From Felis catus (Eukaryota): a stretch of 60,000 nucleotides of DNA. Shown here piece after piece: positions 25,523 through 36,738 of the stretch. The first letter of the stretch is position 1, and each line of letters opens with the position of its first letter. Under the pieces are notes generated by a model. The model saw only the letters and a list, made by a program, of their open reading frames with translations, did no database searches and was not told the DNA's origin. Made by a program: the position numbers and the translations under genes. The stretch is taken from the NCBI RefSeq assembly GCF_018350175.1, contig NC_058369.1, forward strand, positions 14,262,001-14,322,000, in the 5' to 3' direction.

Positions 25523-26511
25523 CTGGGGGCAGAGCTAAGGAAGCCGTGAGCAGCTCTAGTGCCCCCTCCCCCACTCCCAGCCGGTGATCCCCCAGCTCTA
25601 GAACCCGAACACCACAGCTGGGGTTTGGAGTCTCGGGGGGGGGGGGGGGGCAGGGCAGTGACCGAGGAGGAGAGTAAGTAAGCTACTGGACAAGCCCAGG
25701 TCCGGTGCTGCTCATGCCTGTGTCAGCTGGGTGGGGGTGTATGGGTGGAGGGCAGGCCTGGGCCTCCAGCTCGGCCTCATCACACTACCTGTGGCCATTT
25801 CTGACTAAAATGGCCAGCAAGTCTGTCTCTTTAGGAGGTCTGGCCTCCTGGCTGCATTCACAGCAGGTGAATTTTCCCTTTCCTCTGAGAAGCCATCAGA
25901 GATCCAAGGGCTGTATCTCCAATCTGCTCTGAAAGAGACCCATGGGGCTTTCCAGAACCAGTGTGGGCTTCAAGATGGACTTTTCTTCTTCCCATGCCCA
26001 TTCCACAAGGGCATCTTGTCAGACTTGGGTCCTCGGTGTCACAGGTTTGCCTCTGTCCTCTGGGCACTTTCATTAAAAAACAAAACAAAACAAAACAACA
26101 TAGCAGTGGGGCATCTCTTTTCCTGCCCCTGCGTCTGCTCTGGTGAGTTGCTTTGGCCAAGACAAGGGACAGGGATGGGGGTGGGGGCTCAGGAGGCCTG
26201 CGGCACCCCTTCTCCCTCGCTGGTGTTTCTGCTACCCCCAGGAAGCTTGGCTTAGCCTGCCGGAAGGTGGGACCCCTTTGGCGCAGAGATGAGGCGGCCC
26301 AGCTGAGCCCAGCCCAGGAGGAGAGCAAAAAAAAAAAAAATAGTGACTGCTTTGTACGACCCAGTCCTGGGAAGTTTTGTGGCAGGGCGGCCCATGACAG
26401 ACCAATTGGGGGCAGGGGAAAACGGGGGGGGGGGGGGGGGAGGAAAGCTCAAGTCCAGCTCCCACCTGCCTCCCTCCTCCCTGAGCGACTGGGGCGCCTG
26501 AGGAAGGATAC
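25523..26511 (-). other. TMEM161A: U12-type (minor spliceosome) GT-AG intron 5 of TMEM161A
   Basis: 5' splice site GTATCCTTCCT (26511-26501); U12-like branch TTCCTTAGC (25542-25534) about 10 nt from the AG; no long polypyrimidine tract. Confidence 0.88.
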
Positions 26512-26668
26512 ATGGAGAAGGCGACGGTGAGCAAGCACCAGAACACGGCGATGTTGGTCTCCTTGGCCGGGCCCAGCGCGTAGTAGTAGGCCTCTGTGAA
26601 GACATACACGCCCCCCGAGTACACCGCGAAGTCCACGAACCACTGGTACTCCAGGAAGAAGCGCAGGA
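26512..26668 (-). CDS. TMEM161A: TMEM161A exon 5 LRFFLEYQWFVDFAVYSGGVYVFTEAYYYALGPAKETNIAVFWCLLTVAFSI
   Basis: gcAG / AT|GTATCC, 157 nt. Confidence 0.96.
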
Positions 26669-26785
26669 CTGCGGGGAGCGCGCAGCTCAGCCCTCCGCCC
26701 AGCGCCAGCGCAGGACCCTCCCCTCACCAATCCCGCCAGGGTGTGGACTCAGGTTGGGGAGTCGGGGACTCAGCTGGACTGTTAC

Positions 26786-26883
26786 CAAGGGCATCAACCG
26801 CTGTGAGGGGGCAGGTCTCCAGCTGGAAAGGGGCGTCTCGGGGCACAGACAAGGGCTTCTCTTCACTATAGCCATTGGCCCAC
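26786..26883 (-). CDS. TMEM161A: TMEM161A exon 4 WANGYSEEKPLSVPRDAPFQLETCPLTAVDALV
   Basis: cAG / G|GTAACA, 98 nt. Confidence 0.95.
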
Positions 26884-27246
26884 CTGGGTGGGGGGAGCCG
26901 TAAAGGGGGAGAATCAAAGCAGGATCCTCTGCTCTCTCCTCCCCAGTCAGCCATGGCGGCCCACCCCACACCATCCCGGGAGGCTGCCCGGTGCCAGGCT
27001 CAGAGCACAGGAGGAGCTGGCTTGGGAGTTACCTTCCCCCCAGGCCTCCGTCTCCTACACACCAGGGCGAGGACACCACCCGCCCCCTGCTCACAGGGCT
27101 GGTCCAGAGCAAACTTCCAATAAGCATTAGACACCCAAATGGATGACAGTGATAGCTTCTCAGCCTGGGGTGTCCCCTACTCTCCTCGATGCCCAGAGCT
27201 GCACCTGGAAGGACAGCCGCTCACCTAAGGCTGGGGGCTCACTCAC

Positions 27247-27327
27247 CGCTCCTTCCTGCCTCTGGGCTTAGGCTTTCCCTCCAGGGCCCGAAGCTCTTCC
27301 TCAGAAGGGTGCTTGTATCGGAAGAGA
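27247..27327 (-). CDS. TMEM161A: TMEM161A exon 3 LFRYKHPSEEELRALEGKPKPRGRKER
   Basis: ctctcAG / CG|GTGAGT, 81 nt. Confidence 0.95.
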
Positions 27328-27892
27328 CTGAGAGCAAAGACCGGAAGTCAGGAAAACTCGGGCACAGAGGGATCAAGGCAGTGAATCCTCAAACCCGGGA
27401 CTGGAGTCAGGAGGAGAGCTGGACCCAAAATACATGGGGACAGGATGGGCAGGGGCCATGCAAGGTCAGGAGAAGGCCCGGGACGTGGGCTGGGAGGTTT
27501 GCTGGGGGGGGGGAGGGGAGGGAGGTGGGGATGGGGGGGGGGTCCTGGACACCCCTGAAATCTGCTGACTATCTCTTCTGGCAGAGAAGGCATGTGCGTT
27601 GTCGGGGAGAAAAAGTTCACAGTTTCCACCCGATCTCAGAAAGTGTCCGAGATCCAAACAGGGACAAAAAGCATTGCAGGAAACAGATCTCCAGCGAGAG
27701 CAGTGTGGAAGAAGGGTTTGGACTGCGGCAAGGCAGGAGTGGGGGGAAGCAGCTACTCTTCCACGTGTGGAGATGTGGTCTCATGGGGGTGGACATCTGT
27801 CAAAACGGACCCAACTGTGTGCTTCAGACATTTGCAGTTTATTGTACGTCAAGCACAACTCAAGAATGTTGTTTTAAAAAAACCAGAAACAC

Positions 27893-28110
27893 GGGGCGCC
27901 TGGGTGGCTCAGTCAGTTAAGCGTCGGACTTTGGCTCAGGTCATGATCTCGCAGTCCGTGAGTTCGAGCCCCACATCGGGCTCTGGGCTGACAGCTCGGA
28001 GCCTGCAGCCTGCTTCGGATTCTGTGTCCCGCTCTCTCTCTGGCCCTCCCCTGCTCACACTCTCTCTCTTAAAAATAAATAAACATTAAAAAATTAAAAA
28101 AAAAAAAAAA
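27893..28110 (+). mobile_element. Felid Can-SINE with TSD
   Basis: consensus body; aaaaccagaaacac / aaacccaggaacac flanks. Confidence 0.92.
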
Positions 28111-28210
28111 CCCAGGAACACTGCAGGACGTGAGGCGGGGGGGGGGGGGGGGGGGGGCGGGGCCCGGTGGGGCTCCTCCCACCACCTGGGCGGGGCGGGG
28201 CTGTGGCTCA

Positions 28211-28363
<153 letters not shown>

Positions 28364-29414
28364 TCACTCCCTCAGAACTCAGGCTATTTATAGAGACTGG
28401 GGCCAGGTTGGGGAGGGTGCGCCCCCCAGACTCCAGCTGCACATTGGAGGGCCTGCAGTGGGCTCAGACTCAACCCTGGGAGCTCCTGCTGTGTGCGGAT
28501 CCCCCCACTCCCTAACACCACCACCTAGCTGGCCTGTAAGGTGGCGGAGAGCACACGCTTGGGTAGAGACTGGGGTTCCCTTCTGGCCTCTGCTGTGGGT
28601 TTTTCAGGTATTCGTCTCCCTGAGGCCTCAGTTTCCGCATCTGGAAATGGGATGCTGCCTATTTTGTTTCATGTGCTGTGAAGACCATCTTCCGGACCTA
28701 CAGCGAGCCTGGCACAGCCAGGAAAGAGGTTCGTCTCCCACACATCCTAGTTCACCTTGGCAGTTCTGTCCCCGTCTTTGCCACCTTAAATTATCCTGAT
28801 GATTCCATCGCCCTCTCCTTCTCCCTCCCTTTGTAATCAACCTCTTTGGAAAGGCTATTTCCTGGCCACTACCAGTTTCAGGACAAAGACTGTACATTTG
28901 AGTGGGATGACTTTTTCAATTAGGAATTTCTCATCAAGGTCTACATAACAAACCTTCTAACAATTCATAACACGTTTTCAGCTATTAATTTGTAAAACGT
29001 TTTAGAAGAAACGCTTTTGGTAATCAGTCCGATGCTGGGTTTTCCTGCTTGAATGCAGTAAATACCAATTTGGTATCAGTAATTATGTCATTATATAAAA
29101 TTATGTGCTCAGGAGAGCTGTCGACTAGTATTATCCTATGATAATTAACAACAAAAGTGAACTAAAGATTACTTTAATATTAAAATTAATATTTTAGATT
29201 TTATGATGTAATATTAAATTTTAATTTTAACATTAAAGTAATTAATATTAAAATTAATTATGAAAATTACCCATTCACCAGGCAAAAACATGCTAACTTT
29301 AATAGGAAAAGGTCTAGTGTGATGGGTAACGGGACAGCACAGGAATTCAGAATGACTGCTGAGAAATCCATCATTAAAATAACTAACAGGGTATTTTCTC
29401 TATGCCTATAACTT

Positions 29415-29625
29415 GTTTTTTTATTTTATTTTATTTTTTAATTTGAGAGAGAGAGAGGAGGCAAGCAGGGGAGAAGGGCAGAGGGAGAGTGAGAATTTCA
29501 AGCAGGCTCCGCGCTTAGTGGAGCCCAATTGGGGGAGGGCGGGGATCGATCCCATAACCCTGGGATTATGACCTGAGCTGAAATCAAGAGTAGGTTGCTA
29601 AACTGACTTAGCCACCCAGGCACCC
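29415..29625 (-). mobile_element. Can-SINE
   Basis: poly-T, GA tract, ..gccacccaggcacccc; degenerate TSD ctatgcctataacttgt / ctaggcctgtaacttgt. Confidence 0.88.
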
Positions 29626-31457
29626 CTCTAGGCCTGTAACTTGTAAACTGAAACCAGAAACATTTGCTCAGTAATAAGGTCAGGTCTCTAAATCACACTA
29701 ATCTCCTATTCTCACTGCTCACCCTCCCTAATTAACCCCCAAGTGCCGACTGGCTAGCGGTCACAAAAGACCCTGTGCACGGTCAGGGTCAGGAGGCTCC
29801 CTTCCAAGCCCAGTGAGGAGGACCCGCCCCTCCTCCTAGGATCCTCTTCTGCCCCTCCCTGCGCCCAGAACCTCCCATCCACGCCTCCTCAGACATCAGA
29901 TTCTGGGGCTCCCCTGCCGACTTTTCTCTTCCCTCTGCGGCCTCTACTTTGGTACTCAATCCCCTGTTAGGCTTTTAACCACGTACCGCTCAGCACGACC
30001 CAGCAGAGCAGCACCTCTAGCCTGGACCTCTCTGTGGAGCTCGCAGGTCATCTCGGGAGGCCCCAGTACCCGCGCATCACTGCCGCGGACACAGCACTCT
30101 GCTCTTCCAGGGGACCCAGGACGTCAGTGAACATCCAACTCCTTTTCGCAGCCCGCAAGGCCTGGCGGGCCCAGCTCAAGACACCCTGCCTCACGGCCTG
30201 TAACTGCCCGGTTCTCTCAGCAGCCCTCCCAGCGTCCAACCACTGAGGTCTCAGAGGCCCTCCCAGACCTCCGGGCTTTCCACTGCAGACCCCATCACCC
30301 TCTGATACCTCCCAGGGAGGGGACTCATTGTTCTAACTTTGGTTCCAGCACCTAGAACAGGCCGAGCGGAAGGAAGGAGGAGAGAGTAAGAGGGAGGGAA
30401 GAAGGAGAAAGGGAAGGGAAAGAGAGGCAGGCATCCCTCCACCTGAGGCTCCCGAGGTCGATCCAGGGATGTTTCTCAAGGCCCGCCCCCCAGCAGCCTC
30501 CGGTCTTGGGGTTTTGGCTCTGCAGATCTCCAAAGATATCTGGAGCCTCCCATCAGCCTATGTCCCTCTCCTGCTCAAAGCCTTTCCCTGGATCTACAAT
30601 CCGAGAATACAAGAATCCTACTATCTGCTAACACCAATGAGACTTTCCTCCATCCTGTTCCTGAGAACCCCTCCGCTCACCTCCCACAACTTCCTGCACC
30701 TGGCCCTGGAACCACGTCCACTTTTCACGTTCAGGCGCACCTCCAAACCCCCCTGGTTGGGGATTCTCCCAGGCAGGGTCGGGTCATGTTCCAGGGCCCC
30801 TCCTTCTGCCGGTCTGAACACCTAGGTGTCGGGAGTTCCCGCTCTCGCCCCGCATCAGCCTAACCCACAAGTGGCCAGGCTAAATTTTAAGGATAAAGTC
30901 AATAGGTTGGACCCAGAGCCACGTGAGACCTGAAGGTTCCAACTGTGCTGTCTCCAACTCTGAGACCCTGCCTCGCCCTGCGGCCACCCAGATACCTTCG
31001 ACTTGGCTCCTCCTCCCAGGGCTCTCCCTGGCCCGTCCACACACCCCAACACACGCAGCGGCCCCCATGTTTCTGCAGGACCCACGTCGCCAGCGTGGGC
31101 TCCAGGAGGACCCCAGACCTCCCTAGCGAGGATCCGTACGTTCTCGGCTCCCCAGTCCCCTTCGCAGGGCTGCGACCCTCCACATGATTCCAGGCCCCTG
31201 GAGGGTCCCCGGAGATCTTCCAGAATTCCCGAACGCTGAGGGGCCTCCAGTCCCATAGGCAGAACCCTCAACCCCCACATAGGTCTGGCAGCGAGACTCT
31301 GAACCCAGAGAGGGACACAAGGCCCTCAGCGCAACCCAGAGTCCCTCAGAGCTCCCAGTCCCCACAAAGAGATCCCCGTCCTCTCGGTGTCTCCCTGGAC
31401 CCCGTCAGAGGGTCTCCCACCCCTCAGGGCGCCCCATGCAGCGGGCAGCCGGCTCAC

Positions 31458-31460
31458 CAT
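31458..31460 (-). CDS. TMEM161A: TMEM161A exon 1 coding part: start ATG only
   Basis: ggcgacATG|GTGAGC in a CpG-rich promoter; exon lengths then sum to 1440 nt = 479 aa + stop. Confidence 0.88.
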
Positions 31461-31640
31461 GTCGCCCGCGGGAGCGCGGTCCGCTGACCTGCGGCTCTGA
31501 GCACCTCGAGGGAATCCAACCAATCAGGATCCGACTCCGTTCTGACAAACAGCCCAAAAGACCAATCGTCAGGCTTGGAGCTGGAGCAAACCAAAGGGAA
31601 AGGGGGTCGCTCGCGTTGCATGCCGGAAGTTGTAGTTTGA
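31461..31640 (-). promoter_or_regulatory. TMEM161A: TMEM161A 5' UTR and CpG-rich promoter with two CCAAT boxes and an ETS/ZNF143 composite
   Basis: CCAAT at 31520-31524 and 31562-31566; GCATGCCGGAAGTTGTAGT at 31618-31636 (CCGGAAGT ETS site within an ACTACA-N-GCATGC ZNF143-type element). Confidence 0.75.
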
Positions 31641-32073
31641 GGACGCTCGGTAAACTCAGACTCGATCGAGTCAGGACTGTCCCTGGGACCTTGTGTGGTG
31701 GCTGTCCTCTCTGAGATTCAGTCTTCTAGCGTCTGGACCTATCTCTCAGGTCGGAGGCAAATACATTAATTTATCCACGCACTGCCTCCCGCTGGAGAGT
31801 TCTGAGTGTGGAACTCCCCTGATCTAGAAAAATCGATGGCTCCCAATTGACTAGATTCCCAAGTGTCCAGACTGAATTCGTACACTTCTACCTGACTTCA
31901 AACGGCTGCCAACACTATTGTACACACTATGGTACAGCTTGCCACTGGCCATGCTGCTATTTCATACCTCCAGGTCCCTGTAAATTTTATCACTCATCTC
32001 GGAATATCTCCTTTCTCAATCTTTTTCATTTGGCAAAGCCTTATTCATTTCTATTAGCCAGGACTCTGATTGT

Positions 32074-32108
<35 letters not shown>

Positions 32109-32158
32109 CAACTCAAATGAGCTCCAGCAAATAATAATAATAATAATAATAATAATAA
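32074..32158. repeat. (CA)n and (AAT)n microsatellites upstream of TMEM161A
   Basis: CA run about 32074-32106; AAT run about 32129-32158. Confidence 0.9.
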
Positions 32159-32270
32159 TTAAAAAGGAAAATTTTTTATAACAACAAAAACTCTAAAAGC
32201 ATAGTCAGCTTCAGGCATGGCTGGATCAAGGATCAAAAAAAAATGTCAGTTTCAAGAATCTGGTATTTTA

Positions 32271-32430
32271 GGGGCGCCTGGATGGCTCAGTGGGTTGAGT
32301 GTTGGACTCTTGATTTCTGCTCAGGTCATGATCCTAGGGTCATGAGATCAAGCCCATCATCAGGTCCAGTGTCGATTATGGAGCCTGCCTGAGAGTCTCA
32401 ATCTCTCTCTCTCTTTCTCTCTCTCGAAAA
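32271..32430 (+). mobile_element. Can-SINE
   Basis: GGGGCGCCTGGATGGCTCAG head, CT tract. Confidence 0.85.
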
Positions 32431-33236
32431 GAATCTGATGCTTTGTGTTTCAAGGCTTGGAGGAAAAAGGCTGATAGCCTGGGAACCTAAGTTTTGCATC
32501 TGTGTTTTTATGGATACGTGTGTCTGCCTGACATACATGGGGGTGTGATTAGATGTCTGAGGGTTTTTATGAGGCCCGTGAATGGGACCTGTATAGTTGA
32601 TTACCTTGTCCCTGGATGTTTTTGTCTTTGTTTATGAGCATGTATGGATGTCTGTTTGGAGGGGATTCACTGTGGCTTCAGTCCTCTGGACACAGAGAGG
32701 GGCCTCTTGAGAAAGGATGGGTGACAGTGGTGGTGAGGGTCACAGGACTTCCCTGGACCGACATGGGGGCCATGAGCTGATTTATGAATCCATGAAGGAT
32801 GCAGGAAAGCTGGGATTTAGGGAGGGTGTGAGGAAAGGGGGAGAGGAGGGAGGGGTATTTCATGCAGGTGCACTGCACGCCAGGCTGGGGAGGTGGGGTG
32901 GTTTACTCATGCGCCCCCTCTAGTAGGCTGAGGTGGCAGGACAATTGTCTCCATTTTATTGATGAAGATACCGAGGCTCTGGGAGGCCCAAATCTCTACG
33001 TCACACCTTGTCCTCTCCCCCTGGATCCAGGGCTTATGAGTTTAGGTGTCACAGCGCCCCCTAGGCGGTAAACTACAGGAAACTCCCACACATCCTGGAC
33101 CTCAGGGGGTCCTCATCTTCCATCCACCATCCTCCACCTCACCCCCAACAGTCTATTTTTCCCTGAGCAGCTCGAGAGTGCCTCTTAACACTAGAGCCAG
33201 ATAACGCCCCTCCTCTGTCCTAAAACAGGCACTACT

Positions 33237-33445
33237 GGGGCGCCTCGGTGGCTCAGTCGGTTGAGCGTCCAACTTCGGCTCAGGTCACGGTCTCACGGCT
33301 TGTGGGGCTGAACCCCATATCGGACTCTGTGCTGACAGCTCGGAGCCTGGAGCCTGCTTCAGATTCTGTGTCTCCCTCTCTCTCTGCCCCTCCCCCACTC
33401 ACACTCTGTCTCTCAAAAATAAACAAAACATTTAAAAATGAAAAT
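33237..33445 (+). mobile_element. Felid Can-SINE
   Basis: consensus body. Confidence 0.9.
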
Positions 33446-33916
33446 GAAACAGACACCCCTCACTCTTTATTCTACGTTGGATGCACATGTGGTCTGTTCT
33501 TCATTGGATGTTCCTTGTTCTCTGTTCTCCATTAGGCGAATCCACATTCTCTAGGCCACAATTCCCATGATGCTTTCAACCAGTGGCTGAGCTCCTGAGA
33601 GATTCAGTGACCCTCTGGTGGTGACAGTGGCCCTGACTGACGTCACCAGGGTGTCTTTACAAAGACTGGCAGAAGACAGTTCCACACAACCCTCCCTGTA
33701 TCCTCCTGCACAGAGCCAGTACATGCAGAGCTGGAGTCTGGATGCAAAGGTGTTTCCAGAAGCCGGTAGCCTGCTCACTGACCTCTCATGGCCCAGGTCA
33801 CCCCAAGCTGTACATGTAAAATCACACACGTGCACACAACATGTGACACAGCCCTTCTGAGTCCCCAGGCTCAGAGCCTGAAAACATGGGGTGGAACCCC
33901 TGGAAGCCAAGAGGGA

Positions 33917-34135
33917 TTTTATTTATTTTTTAAAAGTTTATTTTATTTATTTTGAGAGAGAGAGAGAGACCATAGAAGAGGGGCAGAGAGACAGGGACAG
34001 AGAGAGAATCTCAAGCAGGCTCCACGCTGTCAGCACAGAGCCCAATGAGGGGCTCAAACCCACAAACCGTGAGATCGTGATCTGAGCCGAAGCCAAGAGT
34101 CACACGCTTAACCGACTGAGCCCCCTAGGTGTCCC
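33917..34135 (-). mobile_element. Can-SINE
   Basis: consensus body. Confidence 0.87.
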
Positions 34136-34795
34136 GGAATTTTATTTATTTTTTATTACTATTTCTATTTTGTTTTTTATTTTTGAGTAGGGAGCACAGA
34201 ATCGAAAGCATACTATTGGGTGCCACCTGATGGAAAATGAAGAAAGTGCAGCCTCCTGGGCTGGGTATACAGAACTCCACCCACCGGCCTCACCACTCAG
34301 TCTTTGAAAGCTGTCCACATTTTAATGAACCCCACACTGGGCACTTAACCTGTGGGCACTGACTTCAGGGACAGGTCTGACTTCTTGTCCACAGTGAGGG
34401 TGAGATCCAGAGGCTTAGAAGGGACCCTCTCCAGCCTTGCCTCCATTTCACCCAACCAAGTCTTGGGACTGGAGTATTACTAGGGGGGCTCAGGGCAGGG
34501 GACACAGTGGGCGACAGCGGCAGACGGAGTAGAGTGGGTGGGGGCAGTCCGGGAACTCGGGAAGGTCAGGGATTAAATCTGCATGTTATAAACATCCCAC
34601 TGAGACCACCTCGGGGTGCCTGGACTGGAGAAGCAAATGGAGCTCCCTCTGGTCCCTGGACACCCAAGTCTGCCCTCAGGAGACCGGCCAAAATGGGGAG
34701 AGATTGTGGGCCCCAAAAGTGGGTTGGTAAACGCCCGGCTCCCTCATTCCTCTAGTGGGTCGAAATTGCTGGGTCAAGAGATCAAGGGACATTTA

Positions 34796-35018
34796 TTTTT
34801 TTTTTTAATTTTTTAACGTTTTATTTATTTTTGAGACAGGGAGAGACAGAGCATGAACAGGGGAGGGGCAGAGAGAGAGGGAGACACAGAATCCGAAACA
34901 GGCTCCAGGCTCTGAGCTGTCAGCACAGAGCCCGACGCGTGGCTCGAACTCACGGACCGCGAGATCATGACCTGAGCGGAAGTTGGACGCTTAACCGACT
35001 GAGCCACCCAGGCGCCCC
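34796..35018 (-). mobile_element. Young felid Can-SINE with clean TSD
   Basis: gatcaagggacattta on both flanks. Confidence 0.95.
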
Positions 35019-35516
35019 AGGATCAAGGGACATTTAAAAGATGAATAATGTATCGACCGCTGCCAGCCGGCAGGTAGCAAATTCAGGATTCCCAAGTGCT
35101 TCTTGCGGTAACCCAGCCTAGGGGCTTCCCCTCGTGCACAAGGCCCGACATCCAAAGGAGGTGAGGGTAAATAGCCCAGTCTCTCGCCCCTGGAGTGGAA
35201 CCACATTAGGTGCGCGCTCTGAGCGGTTCCCCCGGGTCCTCAGGGGTAGGGGGAGGTGGGCGGTGCTGCTCTCGAAATCACCTGCTCCCTGGCCCCCCTA
35301 CGGGGCTCTTCCCCCGCCACGCCCCTCCTCCTCAATGGCCTTCCTCCGGGATACCCATCCTCGAATCCTTGTCTCAGGGTAGGATTCTGGAGGAGGTACC
35401 CCAAACCGAAACAAGGCAAGGCTGAAGTCTCTTGGGAAAAGATGGGAGGACCCGGGAGTGGTGGTGGCTCTGAGCAGCGACAGACAGATAGTTTCGTCCA
35501 CGGACACCAGAAGTGT

Positions 35517-35522
35517 TTTATT
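35517..35522 (-). terminator. MEF2B: MEF2B polyadenylation signal
   Basis: AATAAA on the minus strand about 205 nt after the stop codon. Confidence 0.78.
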
Positions 35523-35728
35523 GGTGGATACACACACAGGAAAGGGAGAAAGGAGCCACCCACCCCACCCCCCCCTCCGACCGTGGATCCGAACGCCAGG
35601 CCCTCACTTCGGAGGGTCGTAACTGCTGCGTCTTCTCTAAGGACGCGGGGAAGGATGCGGGGAAGGGACCCCACGTGCCCTAGCCCAGCCCCGCGTGGGA
35701 AGAAGGACCGGTGCCACCCCTGGGTCCA

Positions 35729-35954
35729 CTACCGGGCCCAGCCGTCCGCAGTGGGCAGCCGGCGCAGGGGGGGGCCTGGCCGTAGGGGCTCTGCCAGGGG
35801 CCGGGACAGGAGCAAGGGGTAGGGGAAAGTCTTGGGAAAGTCGCCGGGGCCCCCGGGGGCTGGCGAGAGGCGCTCGGACTTGATGCTGACTGGGGGGGTC
35901 GGCGGGGAGGCGCCGCGGGTGGGGGGACCCTCTTCACCCAGGCTTCGACCCCCA
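35729..35954 (-). CDS. MEF2B: MEF2B last coding exon GGRSLGEEGPPTRGASPPTPPVSIKSERLSP...ADGWAR*
   Basis: ctgcAG acceptor, TAG at 35729-35731, 226 nt; MEF2-family IKSERLSP SUMO motif. Confidence 0.93.
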
Positions 35955-36266
35955 CTGCAGGGAGAGAGAGAGAGAGGAGAGCCATGAGCTCAGCGGGGAA
36001 GGGAGGAAAGCCAGGGAGGTGGCACGGCGTGGGCAAAGGCTCGGCAGGAGGACCTTGGGAAAGGAGTGGGTGGCGATCCCTCTTGGGGCTTCCAAAATAG
36101 CCACCCATCCTGAGCAAGAACAGTCGGGAGGAGCTGAGTGTAGAACCAGAAGTGGCCACCAGGGGTCAGCTTTGGCCAGGGGCTTCAGAAGACGGAGGGA
36201 CACCCCCCCCCCCCCCAGCGACCCGAATTGGGGAGGGAAGAGAGGAGAGGCAGTTAGGGTACTTAC

Positions 36267-36378
36267 CTGGGCTGGGGAGGAGCGGCTGGGGGCCCATCAC
36301 CCCTCGAGTGCTGCCAGGGAGCCAGGGTGGGGGGCTGCAGCAGGCCAGGGGGCGGCGGGGGGTCTCCCAGGCTATATT
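36267..36378 (-). CDS. MEF2B: MEF2B 112-nt exon (E)YSLGDPPPPPGLLQPPTLAPWQHSRGDGPPAAPPQPS
   Basis: cctAG / AG|GTAAGT; skipping it would shift the frame of the last exon. Confidence 0.9.
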
Positions 36379-36550
36379 CTAGGGGGTAGGAGGAATAAAC
36401 TGAGGCCCTGACCTCAGGGAGCCCTGGCCCAGCCAAGTCTGACCTATCCCGCCCACCAGTTCAGAGTTCTGGCGGGTGGGGAAATGTTGACACCCACCCC
36501 CAGCGGGGGTAAGGATGTCTCCCACGGCAGGGCAAGTAGAGGGTGCATAC

Positions 36551-36644
36551 CTGGGGGGCCTGCGGGGAGAAAGGGGAAACTCCCCAGTGGGGGTCCCGGA
36601 GCTGTGGCAGAGCATGGACTCTGTAGGCTACCATAGAGGCCTCT
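36551..36644 (-). CDS. MEF2B: MEF2B exon RGLYGSLQSPCSATAPGPPLGSFPFLPAGPP
   Basis: ccacAG / G|GTATGC, 94 nt. Confidence 0.93.
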
Positions 36645-36738
36645 CTGTGGGGAGAGAGGGAAAAGGGGAAACTGAGGCCCACACCCCAGGCCGTCCTGTC
36701 TTCCCCCATCAGCCCTGCCATACCTTCCCCTCACTCAC

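Noticed and set aside
27189..27920. 243-aa + strand ORF
   Set aside because: Antisense to TMEM161A exon 3 and runs through an old L1 3' fragment into a SINE.
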